Part shown: positions 11,865 to 22,717 of the stretch, in pieces | Position numbering within the stretch: position 1 is the first letter of the stretch | Layout of the letters: every line of letters begins with the position of its first letter | NCBI RefSeq assembly: GCF_032444005.1 | Contig: NC_091288.1 | Span: 215,636,001 to 215,700,000 of the forward strand | Reading direction: 5' to 3' | Length of the DNA: 64,000 nt | Source: Ranitomeya imitator | Taxonomy: Eukaryota | Translations under genes and position numbers: made by a program | The notes under the pieces: model-generated | What the model was told of the DNA's origin: nothing | Database searches by the model: none | What the model saw: only the letters and a program-made list of their open reading frames with translations

Positions 11865-12520
11865 GGGGGGAGCTCCCTGTATACAGAGATACATGATATG
11901 ATTCTGTCTGCAGCCACCACTAGGGGGAGCTCCCTGTATACAGATATACATGATATGATTCTGTCTGCAGCCACCACTAGGGGGAGCTCCCTGTATACAG
12001 AGATACATGATAAGATCCTGTCTGCAGCCACCACTAGGGGGAGCTCCCTGTATACAGATATACATGATATGATTCTGTCTGCAGCCACCACTAGGGGGAG
12101 CTCCCTGTATACAGAGATACATGATAAGATCCTATCTGCAGCCACCACTAGGGGGAGCTCCCTGTATACAGATATACATGATATGATTCTGTCTGCAGCC
12201 ACCACTAGGGGGAGCTCCCTATATACAGAGATACATGATAAGATCCTGTCTGCAGCCACCACTAGGGGGAGCTCCCTGTATACAGATATACATGATATGA
12301 TTCTGTCTGCAGCCACCACTAGGGGGAGCTCCCTGTATACAGAGATACATGATAAGATCCTATCTGCAGCCACCACTAGGGGGAGCTCCCTGTATACAGA
12401 TATACATGATATGATTCTGTCTGCAGCCACCACTAGGGGGAGCTCCCTGTATACAGAGATACATGATATGATTCTGTCTGCAGCCACCACTAGGGGGAGC
12501 TCCCTGTATACAGATACATA
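11865..12520 (+). repeat. 56/58-bp satellite, forward orientation, alternating dimer structure
   Basis: About 11 units that alternate 56-bp and 58-bp variants. Confidence 0.92.
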
Positions 12521-13006
12521 AGATTCAGTATTAACACTGTGTGTGCCAGTTTGGAGCTGGTTGCTGTAGCAGAGGGCAGTGGGGTGTAGAGGGTGTTCCT
12601 CTCGCCCGCCGATCACACACGGCTGCATCCTGTTTGTCGCTCTCACATAGGGAGGATGTGTATTTTTCTACCGTCTTACTTCTTACTCAGTTATTGTAGC
12701 AAATGCTATAAAACCCAACCGAACCACGCACGAAGCCAGAACACAACATACATACAGTGGGGAAAAAAAGTATTTAGTCAGTCGCCAATTGTGCAAGTTC
12801 TCCCACTTAAAAACATGAGAGAGGCCTGCAATTGACATCAAAGGTAGACGACAACTATGAGAGTCAAAAGGAGAAAACAAATCCAGAAAATCACCTTGTC
12901 TTATTTGGTAAGATTTATTTTGCATATTATGGTGGAAAATAAGTATTTGGTCACCTAAAAACATGCAAGGTTTCTGGCTCTCCCAGACCTGTAACTTCTT
13001 CTTTAA

Positions 13007-13199
13007 GGCCACATTCACACTAGCAGTATTTGGTCAGTATTTTTCATCAGTATTTGTAGCCAAAACCAGGAGAGGAACAAATAGAGGAAAAGTATAATAG
13101 AAACATCTGCACCACTTCTGTATTTATCACCCACTCCTGGTTTTGGCTACAAATACTGATGAGAAATACTGACCAAATACTGATAGTGTGACGGCAGCC
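13007..13199. mobile_element. PIF/Harbinger-type MITE, first of a stack of three
   Basis: TAA|GGCCACATTCACACT...AGTGTGACGGCAGCC|TTA; same core as 3138-3308. Confidence 0.8.
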
Positions 13200-13202
13200 T
13201 TA

Positions 13203-13612
13203 GGCTACTTTCACACTGGCGTTTTTTTTAATACGTCGCAATGCGTCGTTTAGGGGAAAAAACGCATCCTGGAAAGTTGTTTGCAGGATGCGTTTTTGCC
13301 CCATAGAGTAACATTACCGACGCATTGCGACACGTCGCAACCGTCGTGCGACAGTTGCGCCGTGTTGTGGTGGACCGCCGGGAGCAAAAAACGTTAAATG
13401 TAACGTTTTTTGCTCCAGACGGACCGCTTTTTCCGACCGCGCATGCGCGGCCGGAACTCCGCTCCCACCTCCTTGCACCTCACAATGCGGCAGCGGATGC
13501 GCCGGAGAATGCATCCGCTGCACTCGTTGTGCGGCGCTAACAACGCTAGCGTCGGAATCTCGGCCCGACGCAATGTGACGGGCCGAATTCCGACGCTAGT
13601 GTGAAAGTAGCC
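13203..13612. mobile_element. PIF/Harbinger-type MITE, second of the stack
   Basis: TTA|GGCTACTTTCACACT...AGTGTGAAAGTAGCC|TTA. Confidence 0.85.
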
Positions 13613-13615
13613 TTA

Positions 13616-14010
13616 GGCTACTTTCACATTTCCGTCGGTAGTCGGCCATCACAAAGCGTCGGCGCGACGTACCGACGGACGTTTATGAAATAGTGTATAT
13701 CGTGAGCAGCGGACGCAGTTTTTCAACGGGTCCGCTGTCCAGTGTAAAGTCCCGGGGAGGAAAGAGAGAGAGAGATTTCCTGCCGGGCATGCGAAGTCGG
13801 AAACACAGGATACAACATACGGAAAAACGTTCCCTTGAACGTTTTTTTTGCAAAAGACGGGCCGTCACATTTTGCAGGATTCAGTGCACGACGGACAAAA
13901 CGTGACTCCATACGTCGCTAATACAAGTCTATGGGAAGATGCAGGATCCTGCATTTTCAAAAATCGACGTATTGCGACGGTAGCAGAAAGACGGAAATGT
14001 GAAAGTAGGC
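13616..14010. mobile_element. PIF/Harbinger-type MITE, third of the stack
   Basis: TTA|GGCTACTTTCACATTTCCGTC...GACGGAAATGTGAAAGTAGGC. Confidence 0.8.
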
Positions 14011-14265
14011 TATGAGGCTCCTCTGTCCTCCGCTCATTACCTGTAGTAATGGCTGTTTGACCTTGTTAACAGTATAAAAGACACCTGTCCACAACCTCAG
14101 TCACACTACAAACCCCACTATGGTGAAGACCAAAGAGCTGTAGAAGGACACCAGAAACAAAATTGTAGCCCTGCACCAGGCTGGGAAGACTGAATCTGCA
14201 ATAGCCAACCAGCTTGGAGTGAAGAAATCAACTGTGAGAGCAATAATAAGAAAACGGAAGACTAA

Positions 14266-14614
14266 GGCCGTGTGCACACGATGCGGAATTTGTGCGGATC
14301 AACAGCGGATTTTTCCGCGCAGAAATGCTGCAGATCTGCACAGTGATTTACAGTACAATGTAAACCAATTGGGAAAAAAAAAGCTGTGCTAATGGTGCAG
14401 AAAAATCCGCATGAAAACCGCTGCGGAACAAAAGAAGTAGCATGCTACTTCTTTATTGTGGAACTGAAACGTTTCTGACCCCTTCTATAATAGAAATCCG
14501 CAGGGGTAAAAACCGCAGAAAATCCACGGCAAATCCACACCTGCGGTTTCTGTCGGGAGATGCGGATTTTGTGCGGAAAATTCTGCACCCCAATCCGTAA
14601 CGTGTGCACATAGC
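14266..14614. mobile_element. MITE interrupting the Tc1 transposase N-terminus
   Basis: TAA|GGCCGTGTGCACACG...CGTGTGCACATAGC; breaks the reading frame after AIIRKRK. Confidence 0.75.
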
Positions 14615-15338
14615 AATAGAAGACCACTGAATCTCCCTCTATCTGGGGCTCCATGCAAGATGTCACCCTGTGGGGTCAAAATGATCACAAGAACAGAGAG
14701 CAAAAATCCCAGAACCACACGGGGGACCTAGTGAATGACCTAAATAGAGCTGGGACCAATGTAACAAAGGCTACCATCAGTAACACACTACGCCAGGGAC
14801 TCAGATCCTGCAGTGCCAGACGTGTCCCCCTGCTTAAGCCAGTACACATGTGAGGTGTGCTAGAGAGCATTTGGATGATCCAGAGGAGTTTTGGGAGAAT
14901 GTCCTATGGTCTGATGAAACCAAAGTAGAACTGTTTGGTAGAAACAAAACTCATCGTGTTTGCAGGAGACAGAATGCTGAGCTGCATCCAAAGAACACCA
15001 TACCTATTGTGAAGCATGGGGGTGGCAACATCATGCTTTGGGGCTGCTTATCCGCAAAGGGACCAGGACGACTGATCCGTGTACATGAAAGAATGAATGG
15101 GGCCATGTATCGTGAGATTTTGATTGCAAACCTCCTTCTATCAGCAAGAGCATTGAAGATGAAACATGATGATGCCAAGCACACCGCCAGGGCAACGAAG
15201 GAGTGGCTTCGTAAGAAGCATATGAAGGTCCTGGAGTGGCCTAGCCAGTCTCCAGATCTCAACCCTATAGAAAACCTTTGGAGGGAGTTGAAAGTCCGTG
15301 TTGCCCAGTGACGAGCCCAAAACATCACTGCTCTAGAG

Positions 15339-15500
15339 CAGGGGTCCCCAACTCCAGTCCTCAAGGCCCACCAACATGTCATGTTTTCAGGATTTCCTTA
15401 GTCTTGCCCAGGTAATAATTGCATCACCTGTGCAATGCAAAGGAAATCCTGAAAACATGACCTGTTGGTGGGCCTTGAGGACTGGAGTTGGGGACCCCTG
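15339..15500. mobile_element. hAT-type MITE (162 bp)
   Basis: Perfect 8-bp TSD CTCTAGAG on both sides; TIR CAGGGGTCCCCAACTCCAGTCCTCAAGG; near-perfect palindrome. Confidence 0.92.
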
Positions 15501-15669
15501 CTCTAGAGGAGATCTGCATGGAGGAATGGGCCAAAATACCAACAACAGTGTGTGCCAACCTTGTGAAGACTTACAGAAAACGTTTGACCTAACGTAGAGA
15601 GATAAACTGCCCTGATTTAAGCTGCTGCTTATCTCCATAAATTAAATTATCAGCCTTAATATATGTATA

Positions 15670-17630
15670 GTCCCTGCAGCCCACCCTGCAGTCTCCCGGG
15701 TCCCCCTGCAGCCCACCCTGCAGTTTCCCGGGTCCCCCTGCAGCCCACCCTGCAGTCTCCCGGGTCCCCCTGCAGCCCACCCAGCACTCTCCCCTGAGTC
15801 CCCCTGCAGCCCACCCTGCACTCTCCCGAGTCCCCCTGCAGCCCACCCTGCACTCTCCCGAGTCCCCCTGCAGCCCACCCTGCACTCTCCCGAGTCCCCC
15901 TGCAGCCCACCCTGCACTCCCCCGAGTCCCCCTGCAGCCCACCCTGCACTCTCCCGAGTTCCCCTGCAGCCCACCCTGCACTCCCCGAGTCCCCCTGCAG
16001 CCCACCCTGCACTCCCCGAGTCCCCCTGCAGCCCACCCTGCACTCCCCCGAGTCTCCCTGCAGCCCACCCTGCAGTCTCCCCAGTCCCCCTGCAGCCCAC
16101 CCTGCACCCCACCCTGCACTCCCCGAGTCCCCCTGCAGCCCACCCTGCACTCCCCCGAGTCCCCCTGCAGCTCACCCTGCACTCCCCGAGTCCCCCTGCA
16201 GCCCACCCTGCACTCCCCCGAGTCCCCCTGCACTCCCCCGAGTCCCCCTGCAGCCCCCCCTGCACTCCCCCGAGTCCCCCTGCAGCCCACCCTGCACTCC
16301 CCGAGTCCCCCTGCAGCCCACCCTGCACTCCCCCGAGTCCCCCTGCACTCCCCCGAGTCCCCCTGCAGCCCCCCCTGCACTCCCCCGAGTTCCCCTGCAG
16401 CCCACCCTGCACTCCCCGAGTCCCCCTGCAGCCCACCCTGCACTCCCCCGAGTCCCCCTGCAGCCCACCCTGCACTCCCCCGAGTCCTCCTGCACTCCCC
16501 CGAGTCCCCCTGCAGCCCCCCCTGCACTCCCCCGAGTCCCCCTGCAGCCCACCCTGCACTCCCCGAGTCCCCCTGCAGCCCACCCTGCACTCCCCCGAGT
16601 CCCCCTGCACTCCCCCGAGTCCCCCTGCAGCCCCCCCTGCACTCCCCCGAGTTCCCCTGCAGCCCACCCTGCACTCCCCGAGTCCCCCTGCAGCCCCCCC
16701 TGCACTCCCCCGAGTCCCCCCGCAGCCCACCCTGCACTCTCCCGAGTCCCCCCGCAGCCCCCCCTGCACTCCCCCGAGTCCCCCTGCAGCCCCCCCTGCA
16801 CTCCCCCCGAGTTCCCCTGCAGCCCACCCTGCACTCCCCGAGTCCCCCTGCACTCCCCCGAGTCCCCCTGCAGCCCCCCCTGCACTCCCCCGAGTCCCCC
16901 TGCAGCCCACCCTGCACTCCCCGAGTCCCCCTGCAGCCCCCCTGCACTCCCCCGAGTCCCCCTGCACTCCCCCGAGTCCCCCTGCAGCCCACCCTGCACT
17001 CCCCGAGTCCCCCTGCAGCCCCCCCTGCACTCCCCCGAGTCCCCCTGCAGCCCCCCCTGCACTCCCCCGAGTCCCCCTGCAGCCCACCCTGCACTCCCCC
17101 GAGTCCCCCTGCAGCCCCCCCTGCACTCCTCCGAGTCCCCCTGCAGCCCCCCCTGCACTCTCCCGAGTCCCCCTGCAGCCCACCCTGCACTCCCCCGAGT
17201 CCCCCTGCAGCCCCCCCTGCACTCCCCCGAGTCCCCCTGCAGCCCACCCTGCACTCCCCCGAGTCCCCCTGCAGCCCCCCCTGCACTCCCCCCGAGTCCC
17301 CCTGCAGCCCCCCCTGCACTCCCCCCGAGTCCCCCCTGCACTCCCCCCGAGTCCCCCTGCAGCCCCCCCTGCACTCCCCCCGAGTCCCCCTGCAGCCCCC
17401 CCTGCACTCCCCCCGAGTCCCACCTGCACTCCCCCGACTTCCCCTGCAGCCCACCCTGCACTCTCCCGAGTCCCCCTGCAGCCCCCCCTTCACTCCCCCC
17501 GAGTCCCCCTGCAGCCCACCCTGCACTCCCCCGAGTCCCCCTGCAGCTCCCCCTGCAGCTCCCCCTGCACTCCCCCGAGTCCCCCTGCAGCCCCCCCTCC
17601 ACTCTACCCTGTAGCCCACCCTGCAGCCCC
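15670..17630. repeat. C-rich ~31-33-bp minisatellite CCCCCTGCAGCCCACCCTGCACTCCCCCGAGT
   Basis: Tandem periodicity with sub-unit slippage; source of the spurious Gly-rich minus-strand ORFs. Confidence 0.95.
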
Positions 17631-18400
17631 CGATGCTGCACAATCATCACCAGCAGCATTTCCACCTGCAGCTCATGCAGGACCGGTCTCCTCTGCCGGA
17701 AATTGCCGAACTCACTGATCTGAGACGACGGAAAGTCCCGAGCTGCCTCCAAGACAATAAGACGAGCGGAGCCGAGCGCTGCCGGAAATCACCGAGGTCC
17801 CTGCTGTCCTCAGAGCCGAGCGCTGCCGGAAATCACCGAGGTCCCTGCGTCCTCAGAGCCGAGCGCTGGCGGAGATTCCCGAGCGGATACGGAAACGTGT
17901 CCCATGCGGATGCGGATTTGCTTGGGAGGAAAGTTGGAGGTTTGGGAAGGAAAGTAGAAGTGTGTGCGCCCCCCGAAGGCTGCAGCCAAGGTGGGTGCAG
18001 GGTCTGCCTGTGTGATGTGCAGCAGAGCTGCCGGTACAATGTGTTATGTGAATGCAGCTGCATGCTGGGAGTTGTAGTCCCTCTTCTCTATGCAGGAAAG
18101 TCTGTGTGCATTAGTTCACATAATATATAAAAGTAATATCCAGGCCAGAGCGGCGACCCCAGGAGCTGACGATCTAATGACGCCAGCAGTGCAGGGGTTA
18201 ATGCAATTAATGCTGCACGGGGGAGGGGCTTGTGGATTAATTTTGCCTAATTAATTATTCCGATCACAGGGAGTGAAGACGCTGGAAGGACAAGATGGCG
18301 GCAAAATGTTACCGCAGATTTATTTGTGACTTTGCTGATAAAATCCGCGGTTGCGGCGCCGTATTAATATCGGCTCTCGATTCTTCATTTATTTTTGTTT
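17630..18400. promoter_or_regulatory. CpG-rich promoter-like region with ZNF143/Staf and YY1 motifs
   Basis: High CpG density; reverse-strand GGACTACAACTCCCAGCATG at 18061-18080 (SBS/M4 consensus); CAAGATGGCGGC at 18291-18302 (YY1 consensus). Confidence 0.55.
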
Positions 18401-18754
18401 CTTGTCTGTGAACCGTTTTCTTAATGTCTCCTGGGGCTCAGGAAAGTGTTTTTAGGATTTTTTGGGGGTAAGAAGACGCTTGTGCTAAAGTTCTGCAACT
18501 TCTGAGACAACAAGTGTAAAATGATGAATCGGAAAAGTCAGAATAAAATGGCGAAGAAGCAGGAAAATAGGAGAAGTGAAATGCTGATGGTCGGGTGTGA
18601 TCACTGGAGCCGGGATCTGGGCGTTCAGTCATGATGCCGTCAGCGCTGCAGCCAGTCATGGGCAGCAGCGGTCACCTGTGAATGGCGGCCATTACCCTTG
18701 ATAGTTGGTCTCCATGCCCATTAATATGTACATTTCTTCCATCTCGTCCCCCAG

Positions 18755-21700
18755 GAAACCTCCGCGTGTTGATGTCTCGGTCAGAAGATGGCAGCTTTGT
18801 CCAGGACCCCCTCACGTCCTCTCCTGGGGGCCCCTGTGATGACCCCGAGCTCCTGGCCACCACTGAGGCCTTTGCCAGAGGCTTTGATTGCGTCTCCATT
18901 TCCTCTTTTTCGGGGGAGCGACTGATCCAGGGCCAGGAGGACACGGCCTCCATTATCTCTACGGCCACCCTGGTCCCCGAGTGCATATACATCCCCCCGG
19001 CGGGCTTCCAGCTACTGTCCGAGCAGGAGGTAACCATCCCCCCTGGCCGCGCTTCCGCCAGCCCCTTGGTCCATTGTGTCTTTCTGGTTAGAAAAAAAGC
19101 CGCATCTAAAGTAAAAATACCGATCTTTCCAAAAATCCTATAGCGATGTTTCCATAGTAACAGACTACACACAAGGCCTGCGTAGTCAGATAGCGCCGCC
19201 ACATTCCCTAACACGTGTGCACTCCTCCTTCACTAGTTTTTTTGGAAAGACGTATGATTTTTTTTTTTGGTTTGTTTTTTTCGGTTACTAAGGCAACACA
19301 GATCTGTATACAGCTTCTATACAGACCTACGTGTTTCCCTGGCAACAGACTACGAGCAAACCCTGCGTAGTCAGATCCTACACAAGAAGGAAGGAATGTG
19401 ACGTATCAGACTACACAGGTCTTGTTCATAGCCTGTTACCAAGGAAACTCATAGATCTGTATAGAAGTTGTCTAATGACCTGTGTTGCCTTAGTAACAGA
19501 CTACAAACGAGGCCTATGTAGTCTGATCCGACACACTTCTTCCTTTGTTTTTTTTAGAAAGGAATATGACCACAGGGTCCGACTACACAAGGTTTGCTCG
19601 TAGTCTGTTACCATGGAAACGTATAGGAGCTCGATAGTTTAGGATATTTACACAGTTGCTTCACTTTTCAGACGCGTTAAGGCAATAAAAACAATAATAC
19701 AAGAAACGCGTGAAGTGGTAGTGATGGCGGGGGGCATCAGTAGTAACATTTCTGTGTTTTGGGCCAGTGGGCGCAGCAGAAGGCGGCACTGCAGAGCGCC
19801 ACGGAGCGGCTGGAGGTGGTGACCCAGGAGAAGGAGGCGCTGCAGGACGCCCTGAGGTGCAGCTCGGAGGACTGCGCTAACCAGGCGAGTCATTGTATAG
19901 ACGTATGGCGCAGGTCTATGTGTGACCACCGTATGGACTCATCGCCCGCTGCCTCTCCTGCAGGTGAAGCAGTTACTGGAGCAGATAAAAAGCTCCGAGG
20001 AAATCCTGCAAGGTCTGCAGAGAACCATGGCTGACACCCAGCAGAAGACGTCCCAAAAAATGGTGAGTTATCACCATCCCTTCTTCATTCTGACCGTCCT
20101 AGCCTCCTCCTCACTGACGTGAAGCTTTACGCCAGCTGCCTGGCATTGAGCCGACCTTCCGGATCGGTGCATTTCTAGGTTTCGCTGTCAGATAATCAGG
20201 ATTTATTCTAATAATGGAGCAACGGAACAACCGGGATCCCCTCCTCACATTCGGGCTTTCTTCTTTGTTTTCTTCCCAGGCCGCCCTGACGGCCTCCTTC
20301 AGCCGCATGTGTCAGGAGGTGAACGGTCTCGATGACGAGAGCGAGAAGCTGAGGACACTAAGTTTACAAGCGCCCCCTGCTGGTCAGAACGCGCAGCTCT
20401 CAACCCCGCAGGTATACAGAGACTTTATTACAGTGTGCACAGCGTCAGTCAGCAGCTGCTAAAGCCTGCGAGATATGTGTCTCTCTATGGTGTGACTGGT
20501 GCCCTAACTTCTGCTGATGACTGGGCACGCTACTCAGACAGAAAGTTACTTGGTATTTTAGGCTTTTTTTGTCATATTTTATACCATTTTTTTCCCCAGA
20601 GAGCGGCGCAGCACAGACAGGAGCGGTTGTGTATCGAGATCGTCTCTCTGCAAGAGGAGCTGAAAGGCGAACAAGTGGCGAAGCAAGAGGTGGAGGAGCA
20701 GCTGAGGAGAACGACGGACACCCACACCGAGGAGAGGGGTGAATGAGCTCAGTCTGGGGGGCGGGCGCCCGTCTATCCCTGCAGGCAGTCCCCTGCGCAG
20801 CACATGGACTGCTGGATGTCGCCATGATGCCCAGATCCGCTCCGCCGGTCACTGATGGGCGTCCTTCTTCCCCGTAAATGCCAACAAACCCGATCTCGTT
20901 AGGACCGTCCCACAGCCATGTGCGTTTAGGGGTCTTTCTATGATATTTTGGGAACAATCCTGGGGTTTGGTTTTAAGTGACCCAAATTTTGCCCCAGTTA
21001 TAGTAGAAAATGGCAAAATTAAAAAAAATAATAAAATTTCCTCCTTTTCCCGCCCCAGAAGCCCTTTATGGCCTCATGGAGGTAAAAATTCAACCAGATT
21101 GTATTTAAAAATACATTAAATAAAATCAGATAATTAAATAAAATATTGTGCTCCGTCGCTGGAGCCCCATCCACCTGGAAATTAAATTAAAAAAATACTA
21201 CATTAATATATATATTAAAAAAAAAAATAATAATAATAAAAAAAAAAAATCCTGGGGTTCTGCATACTGTGACATGTGGTGTATTTCCAGGGCATTACTG
21301 ACTTTTTCCTCCTCTTCCTCGTGATGTCAGAGATTATGGAAGGTAGGTGCCGTGTTTTGGGTGGGGGGCTCGGCTCAGCTCTCGCCCCTCACCACTGGTC
21401 TCTGATCTTGCAGCCACGCTCTCCAGCCTGAGGACGGAGATGGAGCGGATACAGCAGGACCGGAAACAGGTGGGATAAGAGAGACCCCTTCATTCTCTGC
21501 CTTCTCAGTCCCTGATTTTCCCTGTAGTCGGACATGAGTCTGGGGACCGCCAAGTAGTGTTGGGTTAATGGAAAATGTTTATATCCTTTAAGGGGGTTGT
21601 CAACATTTGAGGACACTTTTTGTTGAGTATTTTTTTTTTTTTTTACTTAAATACATGTATTTTGATCTACGAAAAATTCTGTCACCGTTTCTTTTCTATG

Positions 21701-22521
21701 GCTTGTGTGTTACACAATCTATTGCAGGCGGAGTTAACTGAGAATCTGTCAGTGAGCTCCTTCTGAAAGTCAATTGATAAACTGAAGTCCAATCGCGCTT
21801 CTTTCCCTCCAGGCGGAGTTGCAGCTGCAGGAGTCGGAGGGTCAGGTGCAGAAGCTCTGGGAGTCTCTCGGGGACCAGGAGAAGGTTCTGCAGCAGGAGA
21901 AGGAGGAGAAGGTAGCGGCCCCTCGCTCAGTCTCCCCCGCGGCCCCTCGCTCAGTCTCCCCCGCGGCCCCTCGCTCAGTCTCCCCCGCGGCCCCTCGCTC
22001 AGTCTCCCCCGCGGCGCTCCTCCTGCTCCGCGTCGTCTCATCTTGTCTCTGTCCGCAGACGTCTCTGGATCTCGCTCTCGCCGATGAACGGAGCAAGGTC
22101 TCCAGGCTGCAGACGGAGCTGAGGACCAGCGAGGAGGTGCAGAGGGACTTTGTGCGCCTGTCACAAAAGCTGCAGGTAATCGGATGTCCCAATGACAACA
22201 CTTCCGGTCCACAGCAGCTCACTGTTTAATAAAAGGGGTAATGTATATCCAGATCCCCATCAAAGTGCACACGTATACACTAACCCAGCCGATAATACAC
22301 AACGTCCCAGAGCTTATGACCGGAAGTGTTGTCATAGGGAAGAAATGGTATACAGCTCTAATCTGGAAGGGTTTTCACTTTTTTTTTTTTTTTTTTAACA
22401 ACCTCTGATCACACGACAGGTCAGCCTGGAGAAAATCCGACAAGCGACTTCCATGGAGGACGTCCACGACATCTTGGAGGGGACGCGTTTCACAGACGTC
22501 AGTCAGCTGAGCGACACCTGA
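18755..22521 (+). CDS. RABEP2: Rab GTPase-binding effector protein 2 (rabaptin-5beta), C-terminal coding exons
   Basis: In-frame exons 18755-19029, 19768-19884, 19964-20062, 20280-20411, 20600-20738, 21331-21342, 21414-21469, 21728-21751 (tentative), 21813-21911, 22059-22175 and 22420-22521 (TGA). Peptides EDTASIISTATLVPECIYIPPAGFQL, ERLCIEIVSLQEEL, SLRTEMERIQQ and SEEVQRDFVRLSQKLQVSLEKIRQA match mammalian RABEP2 motifs as I recall them (EETASLVSTGTLVPEGIYLPPPGYQL, ERLRIEIVTL, SLRTEMERVQQ, SEQVQRDFVRLSQALQ). Confidence 0.92.
19148..19620. mobile_element. MITE-like inverted-repeat element in a RABEP2 intron, carrying six X-box-like motifs
   Basis: Termini GTTTCCATAGTAACAGACTAC / GTAGTCTGTTACCATGGAAAC; internal inverted CAGACTAC/GTAGTC modules. 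Confidence 0.6.
21915..22015. repeat. 24-bp intronic VNTR, about 4 copies
   Basis: GCGGCCCCTCGCTCAGTCTCCCCC repeated directly after the 21911 donor. Confidence 0.9.
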
Positions 22522-22711
22522 GTCACGGGACTGCGGAGACTGAGATGGGAGCACACGCTGTATACCGTGTATATGGGGTGTAATATATCCGCTAATCAGT
22601 ATCCTGCCGCCAAAAGGGGGCGCACTCTAATACTACTGATCCGCCTGTGGGAAACGAGTAGAGAGCGGAGGATTGTGTGCGACTAACGACCACTAACTGC
22701 TGTTACACTTT

Positions 22712-22717
22712 ATTAAA
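22712..22717 (+). terminator. Probable RABEP2 polyadenylation signal
   Basis: ATTAAA ~190 nt after the stop codon, followed by a GT-rich stretch. Confidence 0.5.

Larger units (their letters stand above)
12755..15590 (+). mobile_element. Decayed Tc1-like transposon with five nested MITEs, 3' end missing
   Basis: TA|CAGTGGGGAAAAAAAGTATTTAG left end; transposase remnants MVKTKEL (~14120), [23 protein letters not shown] and [15 protein letters not shown], with stops and deletions; ends at ~15590. Confidence 0.9.

Noticed and set aside
9095-12646. Repetitive ORFs (VVAADRILSCISVYRELPL etc.)
   Set aside because: Satellite translations on both strands
15589-17752. 500-680-aa Gly-rich ORFs
   Set aside because: Stop-free C/G-rich minisatellite read in all three minus-strand frames
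17633-18130. 165-aa ORF as a stand-alone gene
   Set aside because: No recognisable homology and GC-rich promoter-like context; kept only as a possible alternative RABEP2 first exon
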